Assembly (NCBI GenBank): GCA_051294375.1
Contig: CM119266.1
Coordinates: 8,642,606-8,706,605 of the forward strand
Direction: 5' to 3'
Origin: Paraspadella gotoi
Lineage: Eukaryota > Animalia > Chaetognatha
Length of the DNA: 64,000 bases
Part shown: one piece after another, positions 50,046-64,000 of the stretch
Layout of the letters: every line of letters begins with the position of its first letter
How positions within the stretch are numbered: the stretch's first letter is position 1
Program-made: the position numbers and the translations under genes
The notes under the pieces: model-generated
The model's database searches: none
What the model saw: the letters and a program-made list of their open reading frames with translations, nothing else
Told to the model about the DNA's origin: nothing

Positions 50046-53000
50046 AATGTCAGATGATAATCAAACCTTGATTTGATTTTGCTGTCGAAAAAAGAGTCGT
50101 CTATTGATTCGAAAATCTTAAACTTGAGAAAAAAACTCCTTTTTGTGTGGAGAAGCGATAGAATTTGAAGAAGTAGAGGGAGTTTATGTTGGGTGTGTAA
50201 TTAAGGCTAGTGAGTTACGTACGAAATTTCTAAAGGTCAATTATTGAACATATCATACATCTGTAAAATTATTGTAAAATACATTTTTATGTTTTTTAAT
50301 TTCGCGTTAGGCTATATTTTATTATAGTACTATCCTTATAAATAGAAAATTTCTAATAGGCTTTTCTTAATTTTGATTGTGCGTATTTTGAATTCTCTCG
50401 TCAAGTTTGTTAAGCAAATATTAGAATTTTTCTAAAAATATCTTTTACATTAAGTGGGTTAAAATTACAAAAACTTATTTAATATTTAAAAGTGATTTTC
50501 AGCTTAATCATTATTAGCTTTTTTCTAATTTGATCTGGACCAACTATGAAGATTTTTAAAATAGGTTATTATTTCTTTTATCAACGTTTTATAACGATCC
50601 AATCTGTCAAAAAAAATCTTAAAAAACTGTTTGAAATATTTAACATTATTTGGTGTATTAGTGATAATATGGCTCTGCGTAAATTGAAATTTATTAAATA
50701 TTTGTTATACATAAATGTTCATTAGTTATAATGTTTGTTGTTCCTCCTTTTAGAATTTTATTAAGTTAAAATTTAGATATTTATCGGTTGTGTGGAATAG
50801 AATATAGATGTTAAAATACAGTTATATAGTTTATTTGGAGTGTGGAACGTAAGATAAGAGTTAAATAAGTGATATTTTAGTTGGGAGTGGAATTATATAT
50901 GCCCTCTGAATGCGACTTGGTCATCGTGTAGTCTAGCTATGTACTAGTAATGCGTGCTTTAAAGAGTGCGACCTTCAAATTTAACGTAAATTTTCCTCTT
51001 TTTCTAGTACAACCCAATGCACGTTTTAATAATTGTGAGTTAACTTTTTTGCGCGTTATAATAGAATATAGAAACGTTTATAGCAACATACACAATCCAA
51101 TGGAATGTAGTTATTATAATAATGGTGATATGTTATACCTAATAGTTACCTACAATATTCCGTGGTTTTTTTTTGTTTTCTTTTTAAACAAGTGGGGAGT
51201 AAAAACCAGCATGAAACAAGCATAAACCAAAAAACAAAAAAAGAAACTAAAAACAACATAATCTCCGTCTCGTTGCTCTTGCCTTTCAAACCTATTTTCG
51301 CTTTTCCAATCGTAATGAAAGAAAAAAACAGCTATTTTGCGAATTCTTTTTGTGTATTTACCTGCAATTATTTTTTTACAATCGACCGTTTATTAACTAA
51401 TTTCTCGTTCGTTTGTTTGTTTTCAGGACTACTCAAGCTTCAACCGGACTGAAATGACATTTATGATTTCTTGTCGGCAATGGAATGACTTATTTAATTC
51501 TCTCATTAAAAAACGAAATGACAAAAATAATATCCTGACGTTATCTACGGACGAATAACGTCGGTATTCATTCTCGACTATAACGTCTCCGCTTTAGTGT
51601 GAATTACGTCGTCCGTTCGAAAAAAAACGTCTTTGCCTTAACGTCGTCATTGTACCCAACCTGACCTTTCGATCGATTGGCGACGCAACAAAGCGTTCTT
51701 TGTCGGCTTTTCGTTGCGACCATCCGGATCTTTTGTCGGTCCGTTGACGACGACGACGACGACATTGCGAAGAGAGTGGAAGACGACGAAGCGCCTCCGT
51801 TGAGGGCGCTGGCGGAACCGGCGGCGGCGGCGGAGCGACACACCTCAAACTCGGTCGAGAAGAGAAATCACAGAGAGAAGCCAAGTGAGTGAATTTAAAA
51901 GATCAAAGAAAACTTTTTTTTGCCTCTTCTATTTTTTAGATTTTTCTTCCGTTTTTCAAAAGTTTTTTCGGAGTCATTGAACCGATAGTTTTATCTATTT
52001 AAGCATAATTAATTCTTTTCTTTTTTTTGAAACTGGAAATTTATAGTGAGAATAAAATCAGTGATTCAAACTAAAACAATATAATCATATTTTTCATTAT
52101 CCAACTTTTCAATTGGCCTGACCATTCGTCTTTTACAAAGTTACAATGTTTTTATAAATCTTAGTTTAAATTCCCAAAATCCTTTTTACGTTTTTCAGAA
52201 GCGTGACCTTCTACAAGAACGGGGATCATATTTCAAGGCATCAAATCCAACTGACGCCTCAACGATACATCACTTTCTGTCATCTTCTCTCGATTTAACG
52301 AAATGTCTCTCTGCCCTACGGAGTCGGAGACTTTATTCGCACGGGGTCAGTTGAAGTGAGAAAAAAGACATATTTTTAGATAATATATTGTATATTGTTG
52401 TATAGATGCTCCTCTATTCCAGAAGCACACTGACTTCCCTTCCCAAATTGAATTATTAGATAAATAAAACTTTTTTAAAAAGAAAGCAATATATATTTGT
52501 TTATAATATAGATTAAATACTAAATCCTTCATAAAATATAAAAATAGAAATAGTGAAACAAGTAATTGGCAAATTTTCATATATTACAAAACATTCCTAT
52601 TTCTATTGACATTAACACATCCATGAATTTTTCACCCTACAATCATCTCAATTTTAAATCGTTGATCCTTGCCTATAATTAATGATTACATCCTTATACA
52701 TATTTTAGATATTTAATAATATATAAATTATTTTTAAAAATGTAGACAATTTATTTATTAATGAGTTTAAATTATTCAATTATTCATTTTATATCTCACT
52801 GACAGAATTAGCCATACTCGGCCCAATATCATCATATTCTCCCAATTCGATTCTAATTAACCCGAACTCTCCTCGCCCCAACATCTCTTCAGGGGTCGCC
52901 TCATCGACGCCTTCGACAAATGTTCGACGGCGAAGTTTACGTCTGCGCCTCCTTCGAGAAATTCAAGCCTCTTCAGTACGGACACCGGACTGGGCGATCC

Positions 53001-56000
53001 TGTCTTCAAAGAAGGTACGACGGACGATGTATACGGCAGAGATTGGTGTAATTTAATTACGACCAAGGCGTGTTTAACTTAAAGAAGCAATTGCTTTGAA
53101 TTTCAAGGAGAAAAAATCCAAGTTTTTTATATTGACTCTAATTGCGAGCTTCATCAGCACTTCATCATGAACAAATTATTGGGAGAGAGAGAGAGATATA
53201 TATTATATATATACAAGTAAAGCTTTCAATTTATATTTTTATCAATTAAAGACTTAAAGCCTAAGAAGCACCGTTCGCTAAATATAAAAGTGTAATAAGC
53301 GTTTACCATGACAAGGATATTGAAAACTGTTGGCCGAAAGTAATAGACGCCTATATGTCAGGAATTAAAGAGAGTCCGCCTCGGACAAAGTCGCTGAATC
53401 TTTCTTTTTTCGAGTCAATGAATAATCAACTTGATTTGATTTTGCGTCGACAAAAAAAGAAATCGTCGATTGAATTCGAAATCTTAAAACTTGAGAAAAA
53501 AAACTCCTTTTGTGTGGGAGAAAGCGATAGAAGTTGAAGAAGTGATAGGGAGTTTATTTGGGTGTGGAAGTAATGATAAGAGTTAAATAAGTGATAAGTT
53601 TATTTGGGTGTGGAAGTAATGATAAGAGTTAAATAAGTGATAAGTTTATTTGGGTGTGGAACTAATGATAAGAGTTAAATAAGTGATAAGTTTAGTTGGG
53701 AGTGGAATTATATTGCTCTGAATCGCACTGGTCATCGGGTAGTCTACTATTGTACTAGTAATGCGTCTTTAAAAGAGTGGACCATTCAAATTTACGTAAT
53801 TATCCTCTTTTTCCTAGTACAAACCCAATGCCAACGTTTTAATCAAGAGTAACTTTTTTTGCGGTTATAATAATAGAAGTTATAATACCAAATCAATGGA
53901 TGCTATTATTATTAGGCTAATAGTGTTAACCCTAAAACTAAAATATTCGTTTTTTTTTGGTTTTCTTTTTAAACAAGTGGGAGTAAAAAAACCAGAAGAA
54001 AACAAAGCAAAAAAAACAAAACAAAAAAACAAAACAAAACATAACTCTCCGTTTCTCCTCTCGCCTTTCAAACCTATTTTCGCTTTTCCAATCGTAATGA
54101 AAGAGAAAAAAACCCGCTATCTTGCTGAATTCTTTTTGTGTATTTACCTGCAATTATTTTTTTACAATCGACCGTATTATTAACTAATTCTCGTTCGTTT
54201 GTTTGTTTTCAGGACAACTCAAGCTTCAACGACTGAAATGACATTTATGATTTCATTGTCGACAATGGAATGATTATTTAATTCTCTTCATTGAAAAACG
54301 AAATGACAAAAATAATATCCTGACGTTATCTACGGACGAATAACGTCGAGTATCATCTCCGATATAACGTCCTCCCGCTTTGTGTGAATAACGTCGTCCG
54401 TTCGAAAAAATAACGTCTTCGCCTTAACGTCGGTCATGTGACCCCCAACGCCCTCTCTCGATCGATGGCGACGCAAAGCTTCTTTGTCGGCTTCGTTGCC
54501 GACATCCGGATCTTTTGTCGGTCCGTTGACGACGACGACGACGATTGCGAAGAGAGGTGGAAGACGACGAAGCGCCTCCGTTGAGGGCGCTGGCGGAACC
54601 GGCGGCGGCGGCGGAAGCGACACCTCAAACTCGGTCGAGAAGAGAAATCCACAGAGAGAAGCCAAGTAGTGAATTTAAAAGATCAAAGAAAACTTTTTTT
54701 TTGCCTCTTCTATTTTTAGATTTTTTCTCCGTTTTTCAAAAGATTTATTTCGGAGTCATTGAACCAATAGTTTTATCTATTTAAGCATAATTAATTCTTT
54801 CTTTTTTTTGAAAACTATGGAGAATTTATAGTGAGAATAAAATCAGTGATTCAAACTAAAACATAATCATATTTTTCATTATCCAAACTTTTCATGGCCT
54901 AACCCATTCGTCTTTTACAAAGTTACAATGTTTTTATAAATCTTAGTTTAAATTCCCAAAATGCTTTTTACGTTTTTCAGAAGCGTGACCTTCTACAAGA
55001 ACGGGGATCGATATTTCAAGGGCATCAAATCCAACTGACGCCTCAACGATACATCACTTTCTCTCATCTTCTCTCGGATTTAACGAAATGGATCTCTCTG
55101 CCCTACGGAGTCCGGAGACTTTATTCGCACGGGGTCAGTTGACGTGAGAAAAAAAAGACATATTTTTAGATAATATATTGTATATTTTGTATAGATGCTC
55201 CCTCTATTTCCAGAAGACAACATCGACTTCCCTTCCAAATTGAATTATTAGATAAATAAAACTTTTTTAAAAAAAGAAAGCAATATATATTTGTTTAAAT
55301 AATATAGATTAAATACTAAATCCTTCATAAAATATAAAAATAGAAAATAGTGAAACAAGTAATTGGCAAATTTTCATATTTACAAAACATTCCTATTTCT
55401 ATTGACACTTAACAACATCCATGAATTTTTAACCCTACAATCATCTCAATTTTAAATCGTTGATCCTTGCCTATTAATTAATGATTACTTCCTTTATACA
55501 TATTTTAGATATTTAATAAATATATAAATTATTTTTAAAAATGTAGACAATTTTATCTTATTAATGAGTTTAAATTATTCAATTATTCAATTTTTATATC
55601 TCACTGACAGAATTAGCCCATACTCGGCCCAATATCATCACTATTCTCCACATTCGATTCTAATTAACCCAACTCTCCTCGCCCCAAACATCTCTTCAGG
55701 AGGGTCGCCTCATCGACGCCTTCGACCAAATGTTCGACGGCGAAGTTTACGTCTGCGCCTCCTTCGAGAAATTCAAGCCTCTTCAGTACGGACACGGACT
55801 GGGCGATCCTGTCTTCAAAGGAGGTACGGACGGACGGATGTATACTGGCAGAGATTGGTGTATATTTAATTACGACACCAAGGCGTGTTTAACTTAAAGA
55901 AAGCAAATTGCTTTGAATTTCAAGGAGAAAAATCCAAGTTTTTTATATTGACTCTAATTGCGAGCCTTCATCAGCACTTCATCATGAACAAATTATTGGA

Positions 56001-56213
56001 GAGAGAGAGAGAGATATATATATATATATACAAGTAAAGCTTTCAATTTATAACTTTTTATCAATTAAAGACTTAAAGCCTAAGAAGCACCGTTCGCTAA
56101 AGTATAAAAATGTACATAAGTTTACCATGACAAGGAATTGAAAACTGTTGGCCGAAAGTAAATAGACCCGCTATGTCTACGAAATTAAAGAGAGTCCGCC
56201 TCGGACAAAGTCG
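50040..56213. repeat. Tandem duplication of about 3 kb (50040-53393 vs 53408-56213) containing the first DCX exons of the kinase gene
   Basis: Colinear copies differ by many 1-nt indels and by about 570-590 bp of extra sequence in copy A (~50198-50785). Confidence 0.9.
53551..53707. repeat. 46-bp tandem repeat, about 3.4 copies
   Basis: AGTTTATTTGGGTGTGGAAGTAATGATAAGAGTTAAATAAGTGATA at 53551, 53597 and 53643, with a partial copy at 53689. Confidence 0.9.
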
Positions 56214-59200
56214 AAACTTTGAAGATTAAATTTCCGAAATTTAATCTTAGATCAAAGTTCTATTGGATTATTTTTGTTTTTGCGATTCTGTACAAAACGC
56301 CTCTTCGTTCTGTTCCCGTTTGTTGGTCTTTTATTTATTTTATACGCTCTAAACTCATATGGCTTTAGATTCATCTTGGCTTTTGTATTCATATATATCG
56401 CCTTCGCGATGGAATTCCTACAAATTAGCGCCCGAATCTTCTTTCTCCTTTGAATTTCCTAATATTTTCTTTCATCGAAATGGAATCCTTTTCGATTTTC
56501 CGATTTTTAACTCCGGATTTTTTAGATGATTTTTTGGAATTATTCGTTTTTCCTCGTTGTGATTCAAAGACGAGCTCATTTTTTCAAACAACCAAAAGAA
56601 ATTTAATTCCCCGTTCCAAATCTGAAGAAGATTGGTTAAGGGTACCCAGCGATTTAGAGGGGGTAATGAGTTGGGCAAAGGCTGACATCGTTAGGTTGGG
56701 TCATTCAAACTCCCCTGTTTCCAAATACATACATACATGTTTACAAAATTATTGTTTTCTCTATTTAGTAAGCGGGTGGTCAAAAAAGTTGATCTATTCC
56801 TCTTTAGAAACAGTAAAATAAAGCCGGATTAGCAGCTCCTACTGATTATTCATTCTCACCCTTCCTTACCAGGCCACAATTCGAGGGCGCGGTCTCCTAC
56901 GGACCTAGCAGTCACCGAACAGGCCCATCGCTCCAGTCAGGCCTTTCGCCTCAAGTCAGCAGGAAAGCAATCGGGGCTCATTTGTCGCAACCTGCCAAGC
57001 AATTGGTTAGTGTCTTTTGTTGTCATAGTATAATAATATACTTAATTTAATAGTTTGACTTTGTTACTAAATAATTAATTAAAGCTCATTTCCTTTCTCT
57101 TTAGAACTGACCAATTATTATATCTCATAAATTAAACCTGACAAACAAAAAGACATCATTTTGGTTGTCGTTTTATTTTTTTTCTTCATTCGATCTTTTT
57201 TTCCGCCAGGTGCCTCTCCTCTTCCCCTCCCCATCGCACCGCCCCGCCTGCCCATTCCTCCGTCCCTGCTGCGCGCGCTGCGGCGCGAAGATCCTCCTCC
57301 TCCTTCTCACGCCAACGCAACGCCACGCCGCGGCGGCGATGCCAACATCTAACGCCACATCGTCATGGCGGAGGAGGAAGGTCTCACGCAAATGGTAAAT
57401 GATATTAAAGGAAACTATATTGATTCCTAATGTGTCTTTCTTTATTCCTTAGCGCGTAATGTTCAGATATGAACGTCGATATTTCTACAGAGATTGTTTA
57501 CCACGGCTGCCCCTGATCCTTCGGCCGCCAAAGGCCAAGCGACCGACAAATCCAAAGATCCGACAAACCGAAAGTCATTATCGTCGTTCGTCTCGGGAAA
57601 GACCGAGAAATCGATCAAATTCACTTTGCCCAAAAAGAATCAGGTGAGTGAAAGACGAAATTGATTGAATTAATGAATGCGTAATTGTTTTTAATATTAT
57701 TTTAAACTATTCGATCAAGTTTCGATAATTGATTCACTGGACAATTAGATATTCATGATAGGATATGAATGAATGAATGCTCGAGGCAATAAATGCATGA
57801 ATGAATGCATACAAGAGAGAACAACTGAAATAATGAATGAATGAATGCATTCAAAAGAGAAATAATAAACAAACTACCTCGGAAACCTCTCCAGATCGAT
57901 CGACCAACTGCTCGTCGACATCACTCACTCCTTCGAACTCGCGATTCAGAAATTCTCGGATCCAAAAACTTTTTCCATCGATGGAGACGAAATCGGGAAA
58001 GTGGACAGACCTTTTGGAGGCCAACGAAGCCGCGGTAGGGTAGTCAGTGGCGTCGGAGGTCAGAGAGACCCTGGTTATGACGGGCTGTTGGAGGCTAATG
58101 AAGTCGTTGGAAAAGGGGTGTTGACAGGACGTTGAAGTGAAACGCGCCTGAGTTGAGGCCTTCAAATCTTGTTGAAGGCCACATTGGAGTTAGTGAAGGG
58201 TGATAGGGTGTTGGCAGTTTTTTGGGAGGCTTTCGAAAGCTATTGAAGCTGCGAGTTTCGCTGGTTGGTTTTTTGAGGCAGGGAAGACCGTCTTGAGGAA
58301 CTGGAGGGGTGTTCAAACTCCACTCTACCTACTCAATCACGTCTATTCTCAAACCACTCTTCTCCAACCACCCTTAACCACCCTTCCCAGGTATTCGTCG
58401 GCGTGGGCGACCACGAGTCCGTTTCCTCCACTGATTTTCTCAGCATTCGACGCGAACTTTTCGGAAAAATGAAATCCGTCTCAAAATATTCTAAGATCCG
58501 GAGTCAGATCGGCAGGTTGGTTGGTTGGAGGCTTGATTGATTGGTTATATCGAAGGTTGCTTGCTTGCCTCATTAATTGATAGGTTGGTTTGTTGGATTG
58601 ATTTAATGGTTGGTTGGATGAATGTGTGTATTGGTTGGTTAATTGTTTGGTTACTTGCATACCTGATTGATTGTTTGCTGGTTAGTTGCATGGATTGATC
58701 CCTGCGATTCAATGGTTGGTTGGATGTTCGTTTACTGGTGCCATGGATGTTAGGCTGCATAATTTCATCGCTTAACTTTTTTAGCTTTTAACATATTTTT
58801 AAATAAATTAAAGCCGCGTTCACTTATCAATGCATTTCTGATGACTATCAATATCTCTGTCACACTTTTCCTCCCACAGACCGACTTCGGACCACCCACC
58901 CCCACCCCCGCCTCCTCCACCGCCTCCTCCGAAACCAAAGCTCTCAACACCGCCCACTTCGCCGCGTCTCGTTGCTAAGGCGTCGTCAAGGACGACAACA
59001 GCCGACGACGGCGGCGAGGGACGACGACGAAGAGGACGACGAACGAGGTGACGGGAAATGATGATTGTGGAAATGATAAGATGGTTCGATTCATTCAGGT
59101 TTATTTTTTTTATCTTAACTTGACTACAGTACCATAATTTGAACGAATGATTATATTTTACTGAGGAAAACGCTTTTAAGTTGAAGATTTCTGACAAGGG

Positions 59201-62200
59201 CGCAAAAAAATAACGATATATTTCAATTTCTTAAACATTTTTTTGTTCTCTGCAATTTATATTTTTTGCGGAAGACAACATTTTTTTTTTCGTTTTCTGT
59301 GATGAATTGATATAGGTCATTCTTATCGTTTTGCTGCCGACAAGGCAAGTCCGAAAAACAGTATAAATGAAATAAAATTATATTTATAGTATTAATATTA
59401 TTTTTACCGTTTCTACTATTATTCAGATTTGGTCGAGAGCGAGAAACACACCGGTAAAGATTCGGGGATCGAAGACGAAGACACGCCGAGGACAGCGAAG
59501 GAGGAAGCAAGACCTCGTTGGTGGAAAGAAGGAATGAAGAAGGTGAGAATTAAGGAAAGGGATTAAGGAAAAGGAAAGAGTGGATTAAGAAGGTGAGACT
59601 TAAGGAAATGGATTAAGGAAAAGGAAGAGTGGATTAAAGAAGATGAGAATAAAGGAAAGGGATTAAGGAAAAGGAAAGAGTGGATTAAGAAGGTGAGAAT
59701 TAAGGAAAGGGATTAAGGAAAGGAAAGAGTCGATTAAGGTGAGAATAAAGGAAAGGGGTTAAGGAAAGGGCAAACAAAAAAGTATGGAAAAGTTTAAATT
59801 AAGGAATAGATTAATCGAAAGAAGGGAATGCGAATAAATCGAAAAATAAGCTTTGAAGAACTACGAAAGAGACAGTCTATAGGAAAAACAAATTGTTTTC
59901 AAAGAAAGTTCAATGAGGGGAATACAAATTATACGTACATGAGAAGAGAGATCAATAATAATTTTAAACCAATGAATATTAAAAAATAACTTTGTATTTT
60001 TTTCTAAGAAACTTCGACGTCGTCAACGAATTTTCAAAAAGGACTTCGCGTCGAGAAAATTCGTCTCGAAGCTCAAAGCAGAAACAGGTCGGGTCAGTCT
60101 TGCCTCTCTCTTCTATCCCGTTTCAAAACCCATTTCGCTTCTGTCAAACTGTCTCTATCTCTTCTTTTTTCGTTTCCCCAGAAATCGACCTCCGCCCGCC
60201 GCTGAAGGGCCGCCACCTCGCCCGCGGCGGCGTCGAAGGCGACCTTCTCGAAAACAAAAGACACTCCGACGAAAACAAAAGAACAACGGACGAAACGAAG
60301 AAAAGCGAAAAGAAAAAACTGCCTCCTCTTCAAAGTGACGACGGGCGACGGAGATTTCAAGTCGCGGTTGATGAAGAGAAGGAAAAGGAGAAAGAGAAGA
60401 TGAAGAAATAGAGAGGAGATAGAGAGAGAGAGAGGACAGATAGAGAGAGAGAGAGAACTATGAGATGGATAACAGCTAAGATGTGAGAAAGATGGCAAGA
60501 GAAAAGGAGATGTTCAGGTGAGAATGTTGATTAAATAATTATTTAATAATATTTATTAGTAGTTTATCTAACGGGTATAAAACCCTATTAAATTTATCTA
60601 TAAAATAGTAAAATAAGACTTTTATGAAAACGGTATAAAAAGATATGAGAAATGATTCTAAACTGCTACAATATGTAAATGAGATTTAAGAACTCGATCT
60701 CATTTAAAATGAATTACAAGTTATGTTGCTACATTGAATCATTAAATGCTGACGTTTTCCACCCAGACGCGTCCGGTCCTCCAACGCCCGTTCCGCCAAC
60801 TCTCCCGCCAGGGCCACATCCTCCGGTCCGGAGCTTCCGCGCCGCCAGCGCCGCAAAGAGACGCCGGCGCCGGAGCGATTCGTCGGCGTCGGTGCCGAGA
60901 GTCGCGCCGACAGAAAAGGGCACCGCTGCGTGCATCACAGGTTTTTGCGATATTTGAAGGACTTATCATTAGTGACATTATCATTTATTATCCATTCCTC
61001 TATCACAGATCCGTGGAGGAAATTCCCGGCGAAGAATCTCGTCGAGATTTCGACGAACTTCGTCCCATCGACGAGGTGAAGAAGCGGACCCGTCGGCGCG
61101 AGAAGCGGAAAAGAGGAAGTGAGAAGCGGACACGAAAGGGGCCGAAAGGAGAGAAAGCGGAGAAGGGAGAGACACTTTAACCGTCGTGGACGTGACGTTA
61201 CTCGAAACCGGAAATGACGTCAGGGATGACGTTACGATGACGTCAACGTCGACGTCGAATACGAAGTCGAAGACGATTTCGAACAAATCGTCGTGGACGA
61301 AGATGGAGAAGACGAGGTCAGATGTTGCTGTTGAAGATGCTGTTGAAAATTTAGCTCTCTTTGCAAACCCCGGAACTTAGTTTTAACCTTAATATTAAAC
61401 CTTAATCCTAACCTAATATTAATCCTAAACCTTAATCTTTAATCTTTGACCCAAATTTTGATCTAACCTTAAAACTTAGCCTTTAAACCCTAAACCCTGA
61501 CATTAATCATTAACCTAATTCTTAAGCCCAACCTTAAACTCACTTAAACCTAAGACTAAAACTCTTGAAAATTTTTGGGAATTCTTGCTAATTGATTATT
61601 CAAATTTTGTTAAATTTAAATTTTGACAATAATAATTTTTGTTTATTTTTTTTTTTCAGCCGCCAGCTGCCGTGCCTCCACAATCGTCCCAGGCGCCGCG
61701 GCCCCAGCCGCCGCTGCAGCCGCGGCTGTCGCCGACGTAGATTTCGAAATCTTCGAAGTGGGACGTTGCGGCGATGTCGAGCGGCGCACGGCGAGGCGGC
61801 CGGAATGGTAGGGGGGGTCGAAGTCGGGCGAGCGAGGTGAATCGAAAGCGGCGCCGGCGGAGGGCGGGAGGGCGGCGCCGTCAAAAGGGAGACTCGGCGC
61901 CGGAGCGATCGGAGAGCCGGGCCTCGCGGGAGGAGGGAGAGTACGCAGGGGGGAGATGGGGGGAGATGGGGGGGGAGAAATGGGTGAGGTAAATGTTGAG
62001 GTTTGGTTTGTTTGAGAAGAGGGCTGGGTGAGAGTTTTCATTTAGAATCCACTCTAGATGTCGTTGAACTGAACTGAACTGAATCTGAACTGAACTGAAC
62101 TGAACTGAACTGAAAGTGACCTGTTATCTAATACATTATTTGTCATCGTTTGTGACGTCAACTCTGATTATAACTATCTTCCTGCAGGAGGCCCTTCCGT

Positions 62201-63886
62201 TTCTTTCTGGCATCATCTGTGATATTCAATCCGTGAGAGTCTGGTTCACGATCGCTACTCGTTGGGAAAGCAAATCGGTGATGGGAACTTCGCCGTCGTC
62301 AGGACTTGCAGGGCCAGGTTGTTGTTGTAGTTATTGTTGTTGTTATGATTTGTAGGAACCGGTTGGATATTTTAAAGATTGAGTTTATAAAGTGAACGTA
62401 GAACAAATACATAATTGTTTAACTACGGGTCCTTACTTAAAAAGTTGAAGCATACTCGTTTTGAGCGAATTCCCTTACACCTGGACGTAAATACTACAAG
62501 AAATTGTCCCTTCGTATCTTTTGTACAGTAAAGTATTGATACAGAGGATACAGTTGCTCGCTGGACCCATTTTAGGGTGGGCTCTTTTCTCCTTAGTTCC
62601 ATTGTATTAAGCCTTTGGGATTTTTAGTACAATAATGAATGTCACGTGTGTAGACTTTTAAGTCTTGTGACAGTCTGAGAAATAATTTTGAAAAAATTAT
62701 AATTCAATGTTCAAATTTTGTAATTTAAAAGTGTTATTAACATTAGTTTTAGTTTTTAGTTTTGGGAAAAGTTTGAAAACTAAAGATTTGTGTCTTTGTC
62801 TAGAAAATATTTCTTATTTCTTATGTCTGCTTTTTTCTCTTTAATTATCAATTCGTGTTTTGTTGTTTTCTTTATCCTGTTTCTTTTTTTTCGAATTTTA
62901 TTTTCTCCTTTCAATCCATTGACAAACTTTTTTTCCAAACTTTATTCTTTCTTGTGAAATTTAATCCAGCGTCTCTTTCCCAACTTTTGTCCCACGCCAC
63001 AGATCCATTCCCAAACTTGTTCCACACTTGCCCCCACAGGTACGGCGCCACAGTGGGCGTGACCGGCGCCGAATTCGCCATCAAAGTCATCGACAAATCA
63101 AGGTTGAACGAGAAGAGAGAATGGTGAAGAGCGAAGTCTCGATCATGCGGCGATGCGCTCATCCCAACATCGTCAAACTGATGGAGGAGATGGAGACGAA
63201 GGAGCACATCTACCTCGTGATGGAGTTGGTCAAGGTGTGAGGCAATTGATGGGGAACGAAAAATGTCACAATTTTCATTCTCATTTTTTGGGGATTTTTT
63301 CATTGGCTTTTTTTTTTTTGTATCGAAATTTACAGTTTCAGGCGGAAGAAACACATAGGAAATTATTAATGATTTCCTTTTGAGGAAATAACATTCCTTT
63401 CTCCCCCCTCACCATCCCCATTCCCCCCCAAGGACGGCGACGCTCTTCGACGCCATCACCCGCCACCAACGATTCGACGAACGCCCTGCCTCCGAATGTG
63501 AGCGAACGTCGCCTCCGCCCTTCGTTACCTCCACTCGTCGCGGATCGTGCATCGCGATTGAAACCAGAAAATCTCCTCGTCGTAAGGGTGAGTTAGTCTG
63601 TAGGTCGGTTTGTAAGGAAAAGATTAAATTCAAGTCTGATTAATTAATAATAAAAACGGGAAAAATGTAGTGTTTTTTTTTGAAACAATTCAAAATTAAA
63701 AGTAAATATTACCGAAACTTATTACTGCAATATGTAAATGAGATTTTTCTTTTCCTTCCCAGGTGAAGTGGATCTCCCTCCCTCAAACTCGCCGACTTCG
63801 GCCTCGCCATGGTCGTCGACGATCCGCTCTTCACAGTCTGCCAGGCACGCCCACCTACGTGGCGCCGGAGATTCTCAATGAGACTG
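54465..63886 (+). CDS. DCLK: Doublecortin-like Ser/Thr kinase (two DCX domains + CaMK-family kinase); 3'-partial, many apparent sequencing frameshifts
   Basis: DCX1: [13 protein letters not shown]...LPYGVRRLY (54981-55133) and [14 protein letters not shown] (~55706-55857). DCX2: KPKVIIVVR (~57560). Kinase: IGDGNFAVV (~62275), [27 protein letters not shown] (63040-63234), LFDAI..LHS..IVHRD.KPENLL (63433-63586), LKLADFGLA...[12 protein letters not shown] (63763-63886). The start codon is uncertain. Confidence 0.8.
59537..59770. repeat. 50-bp purine-rich tandem repeat (about 4.6 copies) starting at a splice donor
   Basis: AAGAAGGTGAGAATTAAGGAAAGGGATTAAGGAAAAGGAAAGAGTGGATT at 59537, 59587, 59637, 59687 and ~59736. 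Confidence 0.9.
61383..61560. repeat. Degenerate (AACCT(T)A / CCCTAA)-like intronic simple repeat
   Basis: Recurrent AACCTTAA/AACCCTAA/ATCCTAA hexamer-like units. Confidence 0.55.
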
Positions 63887-64000
63887 GTGAGGAGAGAATA
63901 GATAGATAGAGAGAGAGCGAGAGAGAGATTCAGNNNNNNNNNNNNNNNNNNNNNNNNNCGTGATTTGGGGTGGTATCTCACAGCGACCGCAGAAATTCAA

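Noticed and set aside
61383-61560. Interstitial telomere
   Set aside because: Too degenerate, with almost no exact consecutive CCCTAA units; treated as a simple repeat.
57200-63886. DCLK as a pseudogene or programmed-frameshift gene
   Set aside because: Frameshifts are scattered single-base indels in a gap-rich region whose duplicated copies disagree in the same way, and kinase motifs are otherwise conserved, so sequencing error is more likely.

Overview
Intron-rich eukaryotic DNA from an invertebrate animal (it carries an innexin gene, GC/CpG-rich exons, AT-rich GT-AG introns and many (AG)n and (GAC)n microsatellites). The assembly is draft quality, with N-gaps and indel-rich stretches, mostly beyond 47 kb. 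Five minus-strand genes lie in tandem: a KLHL1/4/5-type BTB-BACK-Kelch gene, the ER lectin OS-9, PARP1, an innexin, and a modular mucin-TSP1-LDLa trypsin-like protease. A ~17 kb non-coding region follows, then a plus-strand doublecortin-like kinase gene whose 5' part appears twice. The most striking unannotated signal is a set of ~180-250 bp intronic insertions, one in each of four different genes. Each is a long palindrome centred on a minimal type I hammerhead ribozyme motif (CTGATGA-A-stem II-GAAA-CATGTC), with a conserved one-sided tail and 12-15 bp target-site duplications, i.e. non-autonomous Penelope-like 'ribozyme hairpin' elements. Also present are a hAT-type MITE with an 8-bp TSD, a BEL/Pao gag remnant, and tandem repeats that amplify splice junctions. 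All exon coordinates were worked out by hand; no database searches were run.
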